Shown: positions 30,192 to 40,439, counted from the stretch's first letter. The stretch: 64,000 bases of DNA from Candidatus Parcubacteria bacterium (GCA_027324805.1 DAHVRZ010000001.1:136254-200253), one strand, 5' to 3'. The notes: generated by a model from the letters alone, not told the origin. Numbers and translations: made by a program.

Positions 30192-30764
30192 ATGAGGAAA
30201 TTTTTAGCGTCGCTCCTTGAGGTGGTAGAGATCGCAGTCATTGCCGTAGGAGCGGTCTTCGTTATACGGGCGTTCCTCGTCCAGCCGTTCCTCGTGAGCG
30301 GAACGAGCATGTACCCGATGCTTCATGACGGCAACTACCTCCTTATCGACGAACTCACCTACCGCATCCGCCCGCCCGCCCGCGGCGAAATCATCGTTTT
30401 CCATGATCCCCAGGATTATTCCACCTATTTCGTAAAGCGGATCATCGGGCTCCCTGGCGACCGTGTGGTGATCAATAACGGAACGATCACCATTTACGAC
30501 AGCCAGCATCCGAATGGTTTCGTCCTTGATGAAACCTACCTCCCTCCCGGAACGGATACGTCCGGCCATTATGACGTAACCGTGCCTCAAGGCGATTATT
30601 ACGTATTGGGCGACAACCGTCCATTGAGTTACGACTCGAGGAGTTGGGGCTTCATGCCGGCGGCGAACATCGTCGGTCTCGTACGATTCCGCCTTTGGCC
30701 GCTCAATCAGATGTCGGTGTTCTCCGCGCCGACCTATCCGAGTTCCACCGTCGGAGGCTCGTAA
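30192..30764 (+). CDS. lepB: Signal peptidase I (S26 family).
   Basis: Catalytic Ser box GTSMYPML, plus a GDNR box (GDNRPLSYDSRSWGFMP). ATG 30192 is preceded by TATAAT. Confidence 0.85.
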   Translation: MRKFLASLLEVVEIAVIAVGAVFVIRAFLVQPFLVSGTSMYPMLHDGNYLLIDELTYRIRPPARGEIIVFHDPQDYSTYFVKRIIGLPGDRVVINNGTITIYDSQHPNGFVLDETYLPPGTDTSGHYDVTVPQGDYYVLGDNRPLSYDSRSWGFMPAANIVGLVRFRLWPLNQMSVFSAPTYPSSTVGGS

Positions 30765-30793
30765 AATCCATATCACTAATTTTATCCCGCGCT

Positions 30794-32146
30794 ATGTCTC
30801 CCAACAACGACGCCAAAAAAGAAAAAGAGAAGGATCAGGCGGCAGCGCGCTCATTCCAGGCAGTGAAGGGGATGCACGATGTGCTCCCTGTGGATGAGCC
30901 GTATTGGGAAAAGATCGAAGGCGCCGCCCGCGGGCTTGCCAGGAGATACGGCTTTTCCCGTATTGAACCTCCGGTCCTCGAATTTGCCGAGCTTTATAAC
31001 AAGACCTCCGGCGAAGCGACCGATGTGGTCCAAAAAGAGATGTACACTCTTAAAACGAAGGGCGGCGATTTCCTTGCGCTTCGGCCTGAATATACGCCGG
31101 GGATCGCCCGGGCTTATATGGAGCATGGAATGTCGCGCCTTCCCCAGCCTCAACGCCTTATCGCAATGGGACCGATCTTCCGCCACGAGCGGCCCCAGCT
31201 CGGTCGCGCGCGCCAGTTCACCCAGATCGACCTTGAGACGCTTGGCGGAGTGAGCGACCCGATGTACGACGCGGAGACCATCTCGTTCTTCAGCGATCTC
31301 CTCGCCGAACTCAAGATCAAAGCTCCGATCCTCAGACTGAATTCGATCGGCTGCCGCGTCTGCCGCCCTATCTACAAAAAGCAGCTCATCACCTATTATA
31401 AATCCCATGAGGCCGAGCTTTGCGATGACTGCCGCTCGCGCCTCGAATCGAATCCCTTGCGCCTCCTCGACTGCAAAGAACCCGAGTGCGAGAAGCTCAA
31501 GGCCGATGCGCCGAGCATCCTCGATAAGCTGTGCATCACGTGCAGCAACCACTTCAAAGAAGTGCTCGAATACCTTGATGAAGTGAAGATCCCGTATGAG
31601 CTTGATCCGCGGCTTGTGCGCGGACTCGATTACTATAGCCGTACCGTTTTCGAATTCTATGCTTCCGGTCCGGAGGAGGAAATCGGTGCCGTCGCGGCGG
31701 GCGGACGGTATGATTACCTCATGGAAACGATCGGCGGACACATCACGCCTGCAATAGGCGGCGCATCCGGCGTTGAACGGCTCATTGCCGTCATGCGCGC
31801 GAAAGAGATCGCACCGAACGGGAACGGTTCTTCCAATGGTGCCGGCATTGCGTCCAAACGGGTGTTCTTCGCTCATGCCGGCGATCTTTCCAGGAAGCGT
31901 TCCTTCGCGCTTGTGAAAATGCTCCGCGAAAAAGGCTTTATGGTCTCTGAATCGCTTGCCAAGGATTCGCTCGGCAACCAGCTTAAGGTAGCCGACAAGG
32001 AAGGTATCGGCCTCGCGCTCATCCTCGGTCAGAAGGAAATGTACGAGAATACGGTGATCCTGCGCGATCTTACGAGCGGCATCCAGGAGGAGCTGTCCGT
32101 TGATCGCTTGGTTGACGAGCTTAAAAGGCGGCTTTCGATGAAATAG
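30794..32146 (+). CDS. hisS: Histidyl-tRNA synthetase (class II). Its insertion domain carries four CxxC pairs.
   Basis: Motif 1/2 region AVKGMHDVLP...FRHERPQLGRARQFTQIDLETLG. C-terminal anticodon-binding domain. ATG 30794 chosen to avoid overlap with lepB. Confidence 0.9.
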   Translation: MSPNNDAKKEKEKDQAAARSFQAVKGMHDVLPVDEPYWEKIEGAARGLARRYGFSRIEPPVLEFAELYNKTSGEATDVVQKEMYTLKTKGGDFLALRPEYTPGIARAYMEHGMSRLPQPQRLIAMGPIFRHERPQLGRARQFTQIDLETLGGVSDPMYDAETISFFSDLLAELKIKAPILRLNSIGCRVCRPIYKKQLITYYKSHEAELCDDCRSRLESNPLRLLDCKEPECEKLKADAPSILDKLCITCSNHFKEVLEYLDEVKIPYELDPRLVRGLDYYSRTVFEFYASGPEEEIGAVAAGGRYDYLMETIGGHITPAIGGASGVERLIAVMRAKEIAPNGNGSSNGAGIASKRVFFAHAGDLSRKRSFALVKMLREKGFMVSESLAKDSLGNQLKVADKEGIGLALILGQKEMYENTVILRDLTSGIQEELSVDRLVDELKRRLSMK

Positions 32147-32187
32147 CGTCCTTGCCAAATGCGGCCGGCTCGTATATACTCCTCCTC

Positions 32188-32403
32188 ATGGCTATAGAAG
32201 TACGGAAAAAGGACGGCGATTCGCCGAATGCGATCCTCTACAACTTCACCCGGCGGGTGAAGCGCAGCGGCATCCTCAAAGAGGTCCGCAGCAGAAAGTA
32301 TCATGACCGCCCTATGAGCCGCATCAAGCGGCGCGCTTCAGCGATCCATCGCGAAGAGAAGAGGGCGGATATCGAGCGGCAGAAAAAGCTCGGACTTATC
32401 TAA
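32188..32403 (+). CDS. rpsU: Ribosomal protein S21.
   Basis: 71 aa, basic, with ...KRSGILKEVRSRKYHDRPMSRIKRRASAIHR. TATATACT -10 lies 7 nt upstream. Confidence 0.8.
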   Translation: MAIEVRKKDGDSPNAILYNFTRRVKRSGILKEVRSRKYHDRPMSRIKRRASAIHREEKRADIERQKKLGLI

Positions 32404-32463
32404 TATCTCCAAGATCGCCCATTGGGCGGTGCGGGTTCGGCGGTCATTCCACCATAAGAACCT

Positions 32464-32913
32464 ATGTCTCTCATCCAGAAACTTACCGATGATATGAAGG
32501 CCGCCATGAAGAGCGGTGATCATGGACGCCTCGAAACGGTACGTTTTGCTCTTTCGGGATTGAGGTCTGCGGAAAAGGAGAAGCAGGCGAAAGATCCCAC
32601 GGCCGAGCTTACCGATGACGAAGCAGTTTCCGTGCTTCAGAAGGAGGCGAAGCGTCGCAAGGAATCCATTGAACTTTTCAGGCAAGGAGGCCGCACCGAT
32701 CTCGCTTCCAAAGAGGAGGCAGATCTCGCGATCATCGCGGAATATCTGCCGAAGGAACTTTCGCGCCAGGAGATCGCTGCGATTGTGGAGAAGGCCCATG
32801 TGGCCGGTGCCAATGATTTCTCCTCGCTCATGCGTGAAACAATGAAAGAGGTGAAGGGCCGTGCCGACGGCAAGCTCGTGGGGGAGGTTATCAAGGAGAA
32901 ATTGGGAGCATAA
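32464..32913 (+). CDS. yqeY: GatB/YqeY domain protein.
   Basis: MSLIQKLTDDMKAAMKSGD...LSGLRSAEKEK. Classic rpsU-yqeY neighbourhood. Confidence 0.85.
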   Translation: MSLIQKLTDDMKAAMKSGDHGRLETVRFALSGLRSAEKEKQAKDPTAELTDDEAVSVLQKEAKRRKESIELFRQGGRTDLASKEEADLAIIAEYLPKELSRQEIAAIVEKAHVAGANDFSSLMRETMKEVKGRADGKLVGEVIKEKLGA

Positions 32914-32933
32914 AGGCTCGAACGCGAACGACC

Positions 32934-33320
32934 ATGCCTGTCTGGACGGAAGCGAAACTTCACATACTTGCCAAATCGCTCCTGAAGCGGCTTAAGGTGA
33001 ACGGCGGCGTCCTCGATATTTTTCTCCTGAAGGACGCCGACATCGCCGCCCTTAAGGCGCGATTCATAAAGAAGAAAACCGAGCCCAATGTACTTTCCTT
33101 CAAAGAGCCTCTCGCATTCCCGCATCCGGAGCTCAAGAAGGGCAAGTATCTCGGCGAGGTATATCTCAACAAAGACATCCTGAGACGCGAACCTGAACGC
33201 GCGGCGCCATTGCTCCTGCACGGTATTCTTCATCTTCTCGGCCACGATCACGAGAAAAAGACGGACGCCAAAAAGATGGAAGAGGTTGAAAAGAAAATTT
33301 TGGAGGGGTTGGAGAGGTAA
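32934..33320 (+). CDS. ybeY: rRNA maturation endoribonuclease YbeY.
   Basis: Zinc-binding H-x3-H-x5-H motif HGILHLLGHDHE. Confidence 0.85.
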   Translation: MPVWTEAKLHILAKSLLKRLKVNGGVLDIFLLKDADIAALKARFIKKKTEPNVLSFKEPLAFPHPELKKGKYLGEVYLNKDILRREPERAAPLLLHGILHLLGHDHEKKTDAKKMEEVEKKILEGLER

Positions 33321-33383
33321 GGGCCGCCGCAAGGCGGCTTTTGCACAGTTCCTTTTGGCCGTCTTTCCTGATAAAATAGTGGT

Positions 33384-34634
33384 ATGAAATTCAAGGGATT
33401 CGGCGGCGGGAGCGATCTCATTACGGGGCTCGATATCGGCACCTCATCCCTTAAGCTCGTTGTCGCCGAATGCCGCGGCCGCAGGCCGACGGTTCTGCAT
33501 GTCTATGAAGAGCCGGCGCTCGGTTTGCGCAAGGGCGCAGTGATCGATCTTGGCGAGGCATCGCAGGCGATCAACCGCGCGATCGCCGAGGCGAGGAAGG
33601 TTTCCAAACAGGCGACGAAGAACATTTATGTGAGCATCGGGACGCCTCAGGCGAAGATGCAGATCTCGCGCGGCATCGTCGCCGTCTCCCGTGCGGATGC
33701 CGAAATTTATCAGGACGACATCGACCGCGCCGTGCGCGCGTCGCAGGCAGTGAACCTTCCGCAGAACCGGACGATCATCCATACGCTGACCAAGGAGTTC
33801 ATGGTGGACGGCGTCGGCGACATTGTGGATCCGCTCGGCCTTTCCGGTTCGCGGCTCGAGGTGCAGTCGCTTATCATTGACGCGTTCTCGCCGCATATCA
33901 AATCGCTCATCCGCGCGGTCGAACTTGCCGGGGGCGATGTGAGCGGACTCGTCTTCGGACCGCTCGTTGCTGCGCGCGCGGCGCTTTCGAAGCGACAGCG
34001 CGACCTTGGCACCGCGCTCATAGACCTCGGCTTCGGCACGACCGGCCTCGTTGCCTACGAAGAGAACCGCCTGCTCGGCGTCGCGAAGTTTCCGGTCGGC
34101 GCCGGCAATATTTCAAATGACCTTGCCGTCGGACTCAAGATCCCGGTGGATGCCGCCGAGGAAGTGAAGCTTCACTACGGTTACGCGCTTTCGCGGGAAG
34201 TGGGCGCGAAGGAATCCGTCGAGCTTGCGAAATTCGTTCCCGAAGCGAAGGCTGCCGTTTCCCGCCGGTTCATCTCCGAGATCATCGAATCGCGCCTCGA
34301 AGAGGTGTTCGACCTCGTGAACAACGAGCTCAAGCTCCTGCAGAAGTTCGGCCAGCTGCCCGGCGGCGTTGTGCTTGTGGGCGGCGGCGCGAAACTTCCG
34401 GGCGTCACCGATCTCGTAAAGCAGGAGATGAAGCTTGCGGCACAGATCGGATTCACGCTTTCCGAAGAATGGGAAGCGGAGGGAGGAGCGTTCAAAGAGT
34501 ATCTCGAAGATCCCTCCTTTGCCGCGGCGTTCGGGCTTGTGCTTTGGGGTATGGATTCCGAAGGGCGGACGGGCAACGACACCAATAATACGCGTGCAGG
34601 GCTTAAGAATTTCTTCAACTATTTCACTCCATAG
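33384..34634 (+). CDS. ftsA: Cell division protein FtsA.
   Basis: Actin-like fold, GLDIGTSSLKLVVAE, immediately upstream of ftsZ. Confidence 0.9.
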   Translation: MKFKGFGGGSDLITGLDIGTSSLKLVVAECRGRRPTVLHVYEEPALGLRKGAVIDLGEASQAINRAIAEARKVSKQATKNIYVSIGTPQAKMQISRGIVAVSRADAEIYQDDIDRAVRASQAVNLPQNRTIIHTLTKEFMVDGVGDIVDPLGLSGSRLEVQSLIIDAFSPHIKSLIRAVELAGGDVSGLVFGPLVAARAALSKRQRDLGTALIDLGFGTTGLVAYEENRLLGVAKFPVGAGNISNDLAVGLKIPVDAAEEVKLHYGYALSREVGAKESVELAKFVPEAKAAVSRRFISEIIESRLEEVFDLVNNELKLLQKFGQLPGGVVLVGGGAKLPGVTDLVKQEMKLAAQIGFTLSEEWEAEGGAFKEYLEDPSFAAAFGLVLWGMDSEGRTGNDTNNTRAGLKNFFNYFTP

Positions 34635-34668
34635 TGTTTTTGTGCTAGCATCATAGAAACAAGCGACC

Positions 34669-36051
34669 ATGGCCAAGGGGAAATCACGTCACAAGAACTC
34701 ACATCGCGCAAGTTCGTATCGTGCGAAGCCGGAGAAGAAATTCTTCCAGCCGCTTTCGGCAAACGTGAAGGTGATCGGCATCGGCGGGGGAGGCGGCAAT
34801 GCCGTCGCCCGCATGGCGAAGGATTTCTACCGCGGCGTCGATTTTGTCGCCATCAACACCGACCATCAGGATCTCGACCACTGCGAGGTCAAAACGAAGC
34901 TGTATATAGGAAAAGGCCTGACGAAAGGTCTTGGTACGGGTATGAACCCCGACCTCGGCCGCCAGGCGGCGGAGGAGAACCGTTCGGAGATCAGCGAGGT
35001 GGTGCAGGGCGTGGACCTCGTGTTCCTCGCGGCGGGACTCGGCGGCGGGACCGGAACGGGTGCGACGCCGGTCATTGCGGAAACCGCGAAACAGGCGGGC
35101 GCGCTCACTATTGCCGTCGTCACAAAGCCATTCGCCTTCGAGGGTTCGCAGCGAGAACGTCTCGCGAACGAGGGACTTCTTAAGTTGCGCGACAAGGTTG
35201 ATGCGCTGATTGTCGTCCCGAATGACCGCATTTTCACCGTTATCAGCAAGGACACTCCTATCGTGAAGGCATTCGAGGCGATCGACGAGATCCTCCGCAA
35301 CGCATTGAAGGGTCTTGTGGAAATGATCGCCATGCCGGGCATCATCAATGTGGACTTTGCCGACGTGAAGAACATCATGCAGGACGCAGGCATCGCCATC
35401 ATCGGCGTTGGCCGTGCGACCGGCGCGGACCGTGCCGTGAAGGCCGTCACTGCCGCGCTCCATTCCCCGCTTCTCGAAACGAGCCCCGATGGCGCGAAGG
35501 CGGTCCTTCTTGGCATAACGGGAGGGCGAGACCTCAAGATGGCCGAAGTGAACGATGCGGCGAAGATCGTTGCGCAAACCGCCGATCCCGGCGCACGCAT
35601 CATCTTTGGGGCTTATTATGATCGCACCATGCCTGCGGGCCAGCTCAAGGTTACGGTGATTGCGGCGGGTTTCAATGGATCGCAGAACGGCTCGCTTTTC
35701 GGCAATAACCCTTACGAATCGCGTCAGAGCGTCTTTGGCCGTCCCGGTTTCGAAACTTCCGCGCTTGGCATAAAGAAGCAATCCACTCCGGTGACCATGT
35801 CCGAACGGAGCGGTTTCGGCGGCGGTTCTTCCAATAAGGAGACCACCGTTCATGCACGCGGCGAAGAGTCCGCCGACGAGCTTGTCGCCCAACAGAGGGT
35901 CAGTTCCACGCCCACCCCGATGGCATCATCGAACGGGCAGAAAGGCGACACCTCATCAAAGAACGGCGGGGTTCCTTCAATGAATTCCAATAAGGAAAAA
36001 GAGAGCGATGCGTGGGACATTCCCGCATTTCTAAGAAGGAGAAAGCGATAA
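34669..36051 (+). CDS. ftsZ: Cell division GTPase FtsZ.
   Basis: Tubulin signature GIGGGGGNAVARM, plus a GTGATPVIAE loop. Confidence 0.95.
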   Translation: MAKGKSRHKNSHRASSYRAKPEKKFFQPLSANVKVIGIGGGGGNAVARMAKDFYRGVDFVAINTDHQDLDHCEVKTKLYIGKGLTKGLGTGMNPDLGRQAAEENRSEISEVVQGVDLVFLAAGLGGGTGTGATPVIAETAKQAGALTIAVVTKPFAFEGSQRERLANEGLLKLRDKVDALIVVPNDRIFTVISKDTPIVKAFEAIDEILRNALKGLVEMIAMPGIINVDFADVKNIMQDAGIAIIGVGRATGADRAVKAVTAALHSPLLETSPDGAKAVLLGITGGRDLKMAEVNDAAKIVAQTADPGARIIFGAYYDRTMPAGQLKVTVIAAGFNGSQNGSLFGNNPYESRQSVFGRPGFETSALGIKKQSTPVTMSERSGFGGGSSNKETTVHARGEESADELVAQQRVSSTPTPMASSNGQKGDTSSKNGGVPSMNSNKEKESDAWDIPAFLRRRKR

Positions 36052-36081
36052 AAAATACCCGCAAGTAGCGGGTATTTTTTA
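36051..36081. terminator. Bidirectional terminator AAAAATACCCGC-AAGTA-GCGGGTATTTTTT, shared by ftsZ (+) and rmuC (-).
   Basis: Hairpin flanked by an A-tract and a T-tract. Confidence 0.75.
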
Positions 36082-37140
36082 TTCGACCTCTTTCTCCTTC
36101 AAGCCCTCGGCGATCTCTTTTGTCTCTTCCGTTTCGATGGTTCCGATCTTCGTAACGTCCTTCTCTATCTTCGCAAATTCCTTTGAAGCCGTCTGATACG
36201 CATTGGTCGTCGTTGCGAGATGCGTGCCGATTTTTTCGAGATATTCCTCATATTTCACAAGGTGCCGCTGGAGTTCGCCCACTCCCTTGATGATCTGCTG
36301 TGCCGATTTGTTTATCTGCATCTGCCGAAGGCCCTGATATACCATCTGGAGGTATGCATAGAATGTGGTGGGAGAGACGGGATAGACGCGTTTCTCCGCA
36401 GCGTACTGTATAAGGTCGCGCTCGCCGGCCATGCCGATCTTATTGATAAGGAGGTCGTAGTAGAGCGCCTCGGAAGGGATGAACATGAATGCGAAGTCCA
36501 CCGTATCCTCGCCCGGCTTGATGTATTTCGATGTTTCGTCTATCCGCATTTTAAGATCGGCGCGGAGCGCATCGTTGTAACGCTTGCGCTCTTCGTCCGT
36601 CGCCGCAGAGGCAAGGCGATTATAGTTTTCGAGCGAGAATTTTGAATCGATGGGGATCACCTTGTCCTGGTAGAAAATGACCGCATCCACTTTGGAATTA
36701 TCCTTGAATGGATATTGGAGTTGGTAAGCGCCCGGTGCGAGGACGTTCTTGAGGACGTTCTCCAGAAAATATTCGCCGAGGATGCCGCGTTGCTTTGTGT
36801 TTTTTAATATGTCATTCAGATTGCGAAGCTGGTCGTTCAGCGCACCGATCTGCTTTTGCCCTTCGGCGACTTTCGTGAGTTCCGTTGTCACCTCGCGAAC
36901 GATCCGCGCACTTTCGCCCGCCTGTGCGATCGTTGTCCTTGTGGCGTCGCTCACGCGTGCGTCAAGGGTGCGCGTCAGCTCATGCATCTGCAGTTCCAAC
37001 CGCTTTTGCTGGTCCTGAATCTGATTTTGTATAAGTAGGAGGGAATTGTCCTCGTGCTTTTCGGGTTTTGCCGGTCTCCAAAGCCGCCACGTTATGAATG
37101 CAAAGAAGGCGGCGATCACAATAAGGAGCGTGAGTTCCAT
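36079..37140 (-). CDS. rmuC: DNA recombination protein RmuC.
   Basis: N-terminal TM helix, long coiled coil, C-terminal RmuC-like region (KNTKQRGILGEYFLENVL). Confidence 0.75.
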   Translation of the reverse strand: MELTLLIVIAAFFAFITWRLWRPAKPEKHEDNSLLLIQNQIQDQQKRLELQMHELTRTLDARVSDATRTTIAQAGESARIVREVTTELTKVAEGQKQIGALNDQLRNLNDILKNTKQRGILGEYFLENVLKNVLAPGAYQLQYPFKDNSKVDAVIFYQDKVIPIDSKFSLENYNRLASAATDEERKRYNDALRADLKMRIDETSKYIKPGEDTVDFAFMFIPSEALYYDLLINKIGMAGERDLIQYAAEKRVYPVSPTTFYAYLQMVYQGLRQMQINKSAQQIIKGVGELQRHLVKYEEYLEKIGTHLATTTNAYQTASKEFAKIEKDVTKIGTIETEETKEIAEGLKEKEVE

Positions 37141-37213
37141 ATATGGCTATTTTATCATGTTTGCAAAACAAAAACGCCCCGAGGGGGCGTTTTTGGCACC
37201 GTCACACCGGCAA

Positions 37214-37516
37214 TTACTGCCAGTTGCGACCGCCACCGAAGCCGCCTTCGCGGCGCGGGGGACGGGCCTCGAGGGGTTTGGCCTCGTTCACGGTGAGCTT
37301 GCGCCCGCCGAAATCGTTGCCATTCCACATCTCGATGGCCTTCTGCGCATCATCATCGGACGCCATTTCGACGAAACCGAAGCCGCGCGAGCGACCAGTC
37401 ATCTTGTCCGTGATAATACTCGAGGACACGACAGAACCGGCCTTCGCAAACGCCTCCTGGAGTTCATCCTGGGTGGTCGAGTAGGGAAGTCCTCCGACGT
37501 AAAGTTTTGTAGCCAT
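37214..37516 (-). CDS. RRM-domain RNA-binding protein.
   Basis: RNP-2 KLYVGGLPY and RNP-1 RGFGFVEM, with a Gly/Arg-rich tail. Confidence 0.85.
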   Translation of the reverse strand: MATKLYVGGLPYSTTQDELQEAFAKAGSVVSSSIITDKMTGRSRGFGFVEMASDDDAQKAIEMWNGNDFGGRKLTVNEAKPLEARPPRREGGFGGGRNWQ

Positions 37517-37722
37517 TCAAATGCTGTCTCTTTGTGTAAGGCGACCTTACTTCTCTTCTGCTGCTCTACCGAAGGCAGGCCGCGGAACACGCGAACGCCT
37601 GGCGAATGCAAACCTCTAAGAACACTTACAACGTTTTCTATTATACCATAAGCACTTTGGACAATGCAAGTGGCATTGCGTCAATCGTCCATTTGCGTCG
37701 TATTATCTATATAATCAATCCT

Positions 37723-38601
37723 ATGGACACCTCAAAGAAAGCCGCTGCTTTTAAAAGCGCCGTCAGACACCATTACCGCCTGCAGGGACGGCACGATCTT
37801 CCGTGGCGCAAAACGCGCGACCCTTACGCCATCCTCGTTTCGGAGGTGATGCTTCAGCAGACCCAGGTATCCCGCGTGGAGGGGTTCTATGGCCGTTTCC
37901 TTGAGAAATTTCCCGATTTTCGAACGCTGGCGGATGCCCGTGCAAGCGATGTTCTTGCCGCATGGCAGGGCCTCGGGTACAACCGCCGCGCACTTTCGCT
38001 CAAACGTCTTGCGGAGACCGTTATGGGCGAATATGGAGGGAACCTGCCGAGCGACCGCGCCGCACTCGAACGCCTTCCGGGTATCGGCAAGGGCACTTCC
38101 GGATCGCTCATGGCGTTCGTATTCAACAAACCCGAACTGTTCATTGAAACGAACATACGCCGCGTCTTCATCCATCATTTTTTTCCGCGGATGCGGCGCG
38201 GGGTAACCGATGAGGAGATCGAACGTTATATCCAACGTACCATGGACCACGCGCATCCACGCGAGTGGTATTGGGCGCTTATGGATTATGGTGCTACGCT
38301 CGGGAGGTCCGCCCAGGGTATCGGGTCGAACCCAAACCGCAGGAGTGCACACTATAAAAAACAGGGAACATTCAGGGGTTCGGACCGCGAATTGCGCGGC
38401 AGGATCCTGCGTTATCTCCTTTCCCAAAAGAACGCGAAGGGGGAGAGCGCTAAAAAAGGAGTGAACAAAGGACAGCTTGCGGCTTTTGCCGGTATCTCCG
38501 GGTCCGTGGAATCCGGAAGGATCGAACGGGTGGTATCCCGTCTACTAGAGGAAGGATTCATCATCAAAAGACGCAATTCCATTTATATAAACGATCGGTA
38601 A
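37723..38601 (+). CDS. HhH-GPD superfamily DNA glycosylase, MutY/EndoIII-like, lacking the [4Fe-4S] cysteine cluster.
   Basis: N-terminus YRLQGRHDLPWRKTRDPYAILVSEVMLQQTQV resembles MutY. HhH motif LPGIGKGTSGSLMAF. No cysteines in the C-terminal half. ATG 37723 is preceded by TATAAT. Confidence 0.7.
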   Translation: MDTSKKAAAFKSAVRHHYRLQGRHDLPWRKTRDPYAILVSEVMLQQTQVSRVEGFYGRFLEKFPDFRTLADARASDVLAAWQGLGYNRRALSLKRLAETVMGEYGGNLPSDRAALERLPGIGKGTSGSLMAFVFNKPELFIETNIRRVFIHHFFPRMRRGVTDEEIERYIQRTMDHAHPREWYWALMDYGATLGRSAQGIGSNPNRRSAHYKKQGTFRGSDRELRGRILRYLLSQKNAKGESAKKGVNKGQLAAFAGISGSVESGRIERVVSRLLEEGFIIKRRNSIYINDR

Positions 38602-38622
38602 TCTTCATACAACACACAATCA

Positions 38623-39843
38623 ATGTCACGAACTATTTTCGGTGTGGCCCTCGCTTCGGCTTTAGGCCTTGCCGGTATGGCGGTAATAACCATCCATACG
38701 CCCGTCGCATCAGCCGCTTCGGCGGGTACGGCAAGCACCGTAAGTACCGCGAAGCTTCAGGTCGGCGCATGGCTTCCGTACTGGCAAGGGCAGGCCGGTG
38801 CCGAGGATATCGCCATCCATCTCGCGTCTTATAACGAAATAAGCCCATTTTCATACGAGATCAATTCTCAGGGACTCATCACCGATGATCTCCAGATCGG
38901 CAACGGCAGTTGGGATTTCTATTTCAGTGCTTTGCGCGATATGCACGTTAAGATCATCCCAACCATCGCTTATTTTGATGCGCAGGGGATCTACAAGCTT
39001 CTTTCGAATACGAAGAGACGGCAGAATGCCGAAGACACGATCGCCCAGCTTGCGAGAGGAGAGAATTTTGACGGTATCGACATTGATTTTGAAGGCATGT
39101 CGCCGGCAACAAGGCCTTATTACTCGCTTTTTATCCAGGGCCTCGCCATGCGTCTTCATCCGCATGGCGAATTGCTTACTTGTACCGTCGTGCCGCGCAC
39201 GCCGCCATCTTCCCTTTATGTGAATCCTCCCGCGAACATCATCTATCCCGAGAATTACCCGGTTCTCAATAAATATTGCGACGAGGTGCGCATTATGGCC
39301 TACGACCAGGAGGGCGTGGACCTTAAACTCGATGCTTCGAAAGGTGGCAACGGCACACTCTACGGTCCGGTCGCCGATCCCGATTGGGTCAAAAAACTCA
39401 TCCAGTACGCAGTCCAATATATCAATCCCAAAAAGATCATGCTGGGCATCCCGACTTACGGTTATGAGTACGAGGTTTCATGGGCCGGCGGAGTGACAAC
39501 CTACCAGCGCGTACGTGCGTTCGATTACTTCAGCGCAATGGATCGCGCGGCCTCGATGGGAATCAATCCGACGCGCAACAATGCCGGAGAGCTATCCTTC
39601 ACATTCCAGTCGAGCACTTATATCCAAGAGCCGGCAATCCTCACATATACGATTTCATCGACCCAGCCCGAGGTATTGATGAATCCAAGTTCGACTGCGC
39701 CGACGACATTCTTCGTTTCATTCCCCGATGCAACGTCGGAGATGCAGAAAGTGGCGCTCGCCAGGCAGTATGGTCTCCGCGGAATAATGTTCTTTAAGGC
39801 AGACGGACAGATGGATCCGGCGATCTGGAATCAGCTGCCGTAG
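38623..39843 (+). CDS. Secreted glycoside hydrolase family 18 protein (chitinase / peptidoglycan hydrolase-like).
   Basis: Signal peptide. GH18 catalytic motif DGIDIDFEGM (DxxDxDxE). Confidence 0.7.
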   Translation: MSRTIFGVALASALGLAGMAVITIHTPVASAASAGTASTVSTAKLQVGAWLPYWQGQAGAEDIAIHLASYNEISPFSYEINSQGLITDDLQIGNGSWDFYFSALRDMHVKIIPTIAYFDAQGIYKLLSNTKRRQNAEDTIAQLARGENFDGIDIDFEGMSPATRPYYSLFIQGLAMRLHPHGELLTCTVVPRTPPSSLYVNPPANIIYPENYPVLNKYCDEVRIMAYDQEGVDLKLDASKGGNGTLYGPVADPDWVKKLIQYAVQYINPKKIMLGIPTYGYEYEVSWAGGVTTYQRVRAFDYFSAMDRAASMGINPTRNNAGELSFTFQSSTYIQEPAILTYTISSTQPEVLMNPSSTAPTTFFVSFPDATSEMQKVALARQYGLRGIMFFKADGQMDPAIWNQLP

Positions 39844-39857
39844 CTTCGCGCTGCGAG

Positions 39858-40439
39858 TCAGATCGCGCGAGGGGTGCCGCGGGTGTATACCGTTGAGAGC
39901 GTCGCGTTCGCGAGAGCGACGGAATCCGCTTTTGCGGCAGCGGTCATGCCGATATCGGCTCCCGGGCCAAGGACGACTACGTCCGCGAAGTGTACACCAA
40001 AAACGATTGCTTTGCCGTCGCTGTTCATCCAAATGTCCATACTATGCATGAATTTGCGGTTCATGCGGTCGTCCACAGTGAAGACCTTATCGCCGAAGAG
40101 CGATGGGATCATGACTTTCGTGCCGAACGGCAATAGGTTGGTGGCGACGACGCCATCATGGACATACGAACCATCCGCCGTAATAAACGGGGTGTTATCG
40201 GTCTGATCCGCAAGACTTGTATATGCGGTTATCCTAAGGGCAAGGATCTCTTTTACCGCCGCGGCCGGGATGGCTGTTGCGGAGTTTGTGAGGGTTTCCG
40301 CAGGGGAAACTGTCGTCGGAACGGCTGTTGCCGACTTATCCTGTGCCTGCGTAGCGAGTTGGGGAACCGAGAAGGCTGCCATAAGGCCGATCGCGATACC
40401 CCACCGTCGTAAGTGAATACTCATAATGGTTCTTTCCAA
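39858..40439 (-). CDS. Secreted 3D-domain protein (MltA/YuiC-like double-psi beta-barrel; cell-wall binding or lytic).
   Basis: Signal peptide. RITAYTSLADQTDNTPFITADG...LPFGTKVMIP matches the 3D-domain pattern. Confidence 0.65.
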   Translation of the reverse strand: MERTIMSIHLRRWGIAIGLMAAFSVPQLATQAQDKSATAVPTTVSPAETLTNSATAIPAAAVKEILALRITAYTSLADQTDNTPFITADGSYVHDGVVATNLLPFGTKVMIPSLFGDKVFTVDDRMNRKFMHSMDIWMNSDGKAIVFGVHFADVVVLGPGADIGMTAAAKADSVALANATLSTVYTRGTPRAI

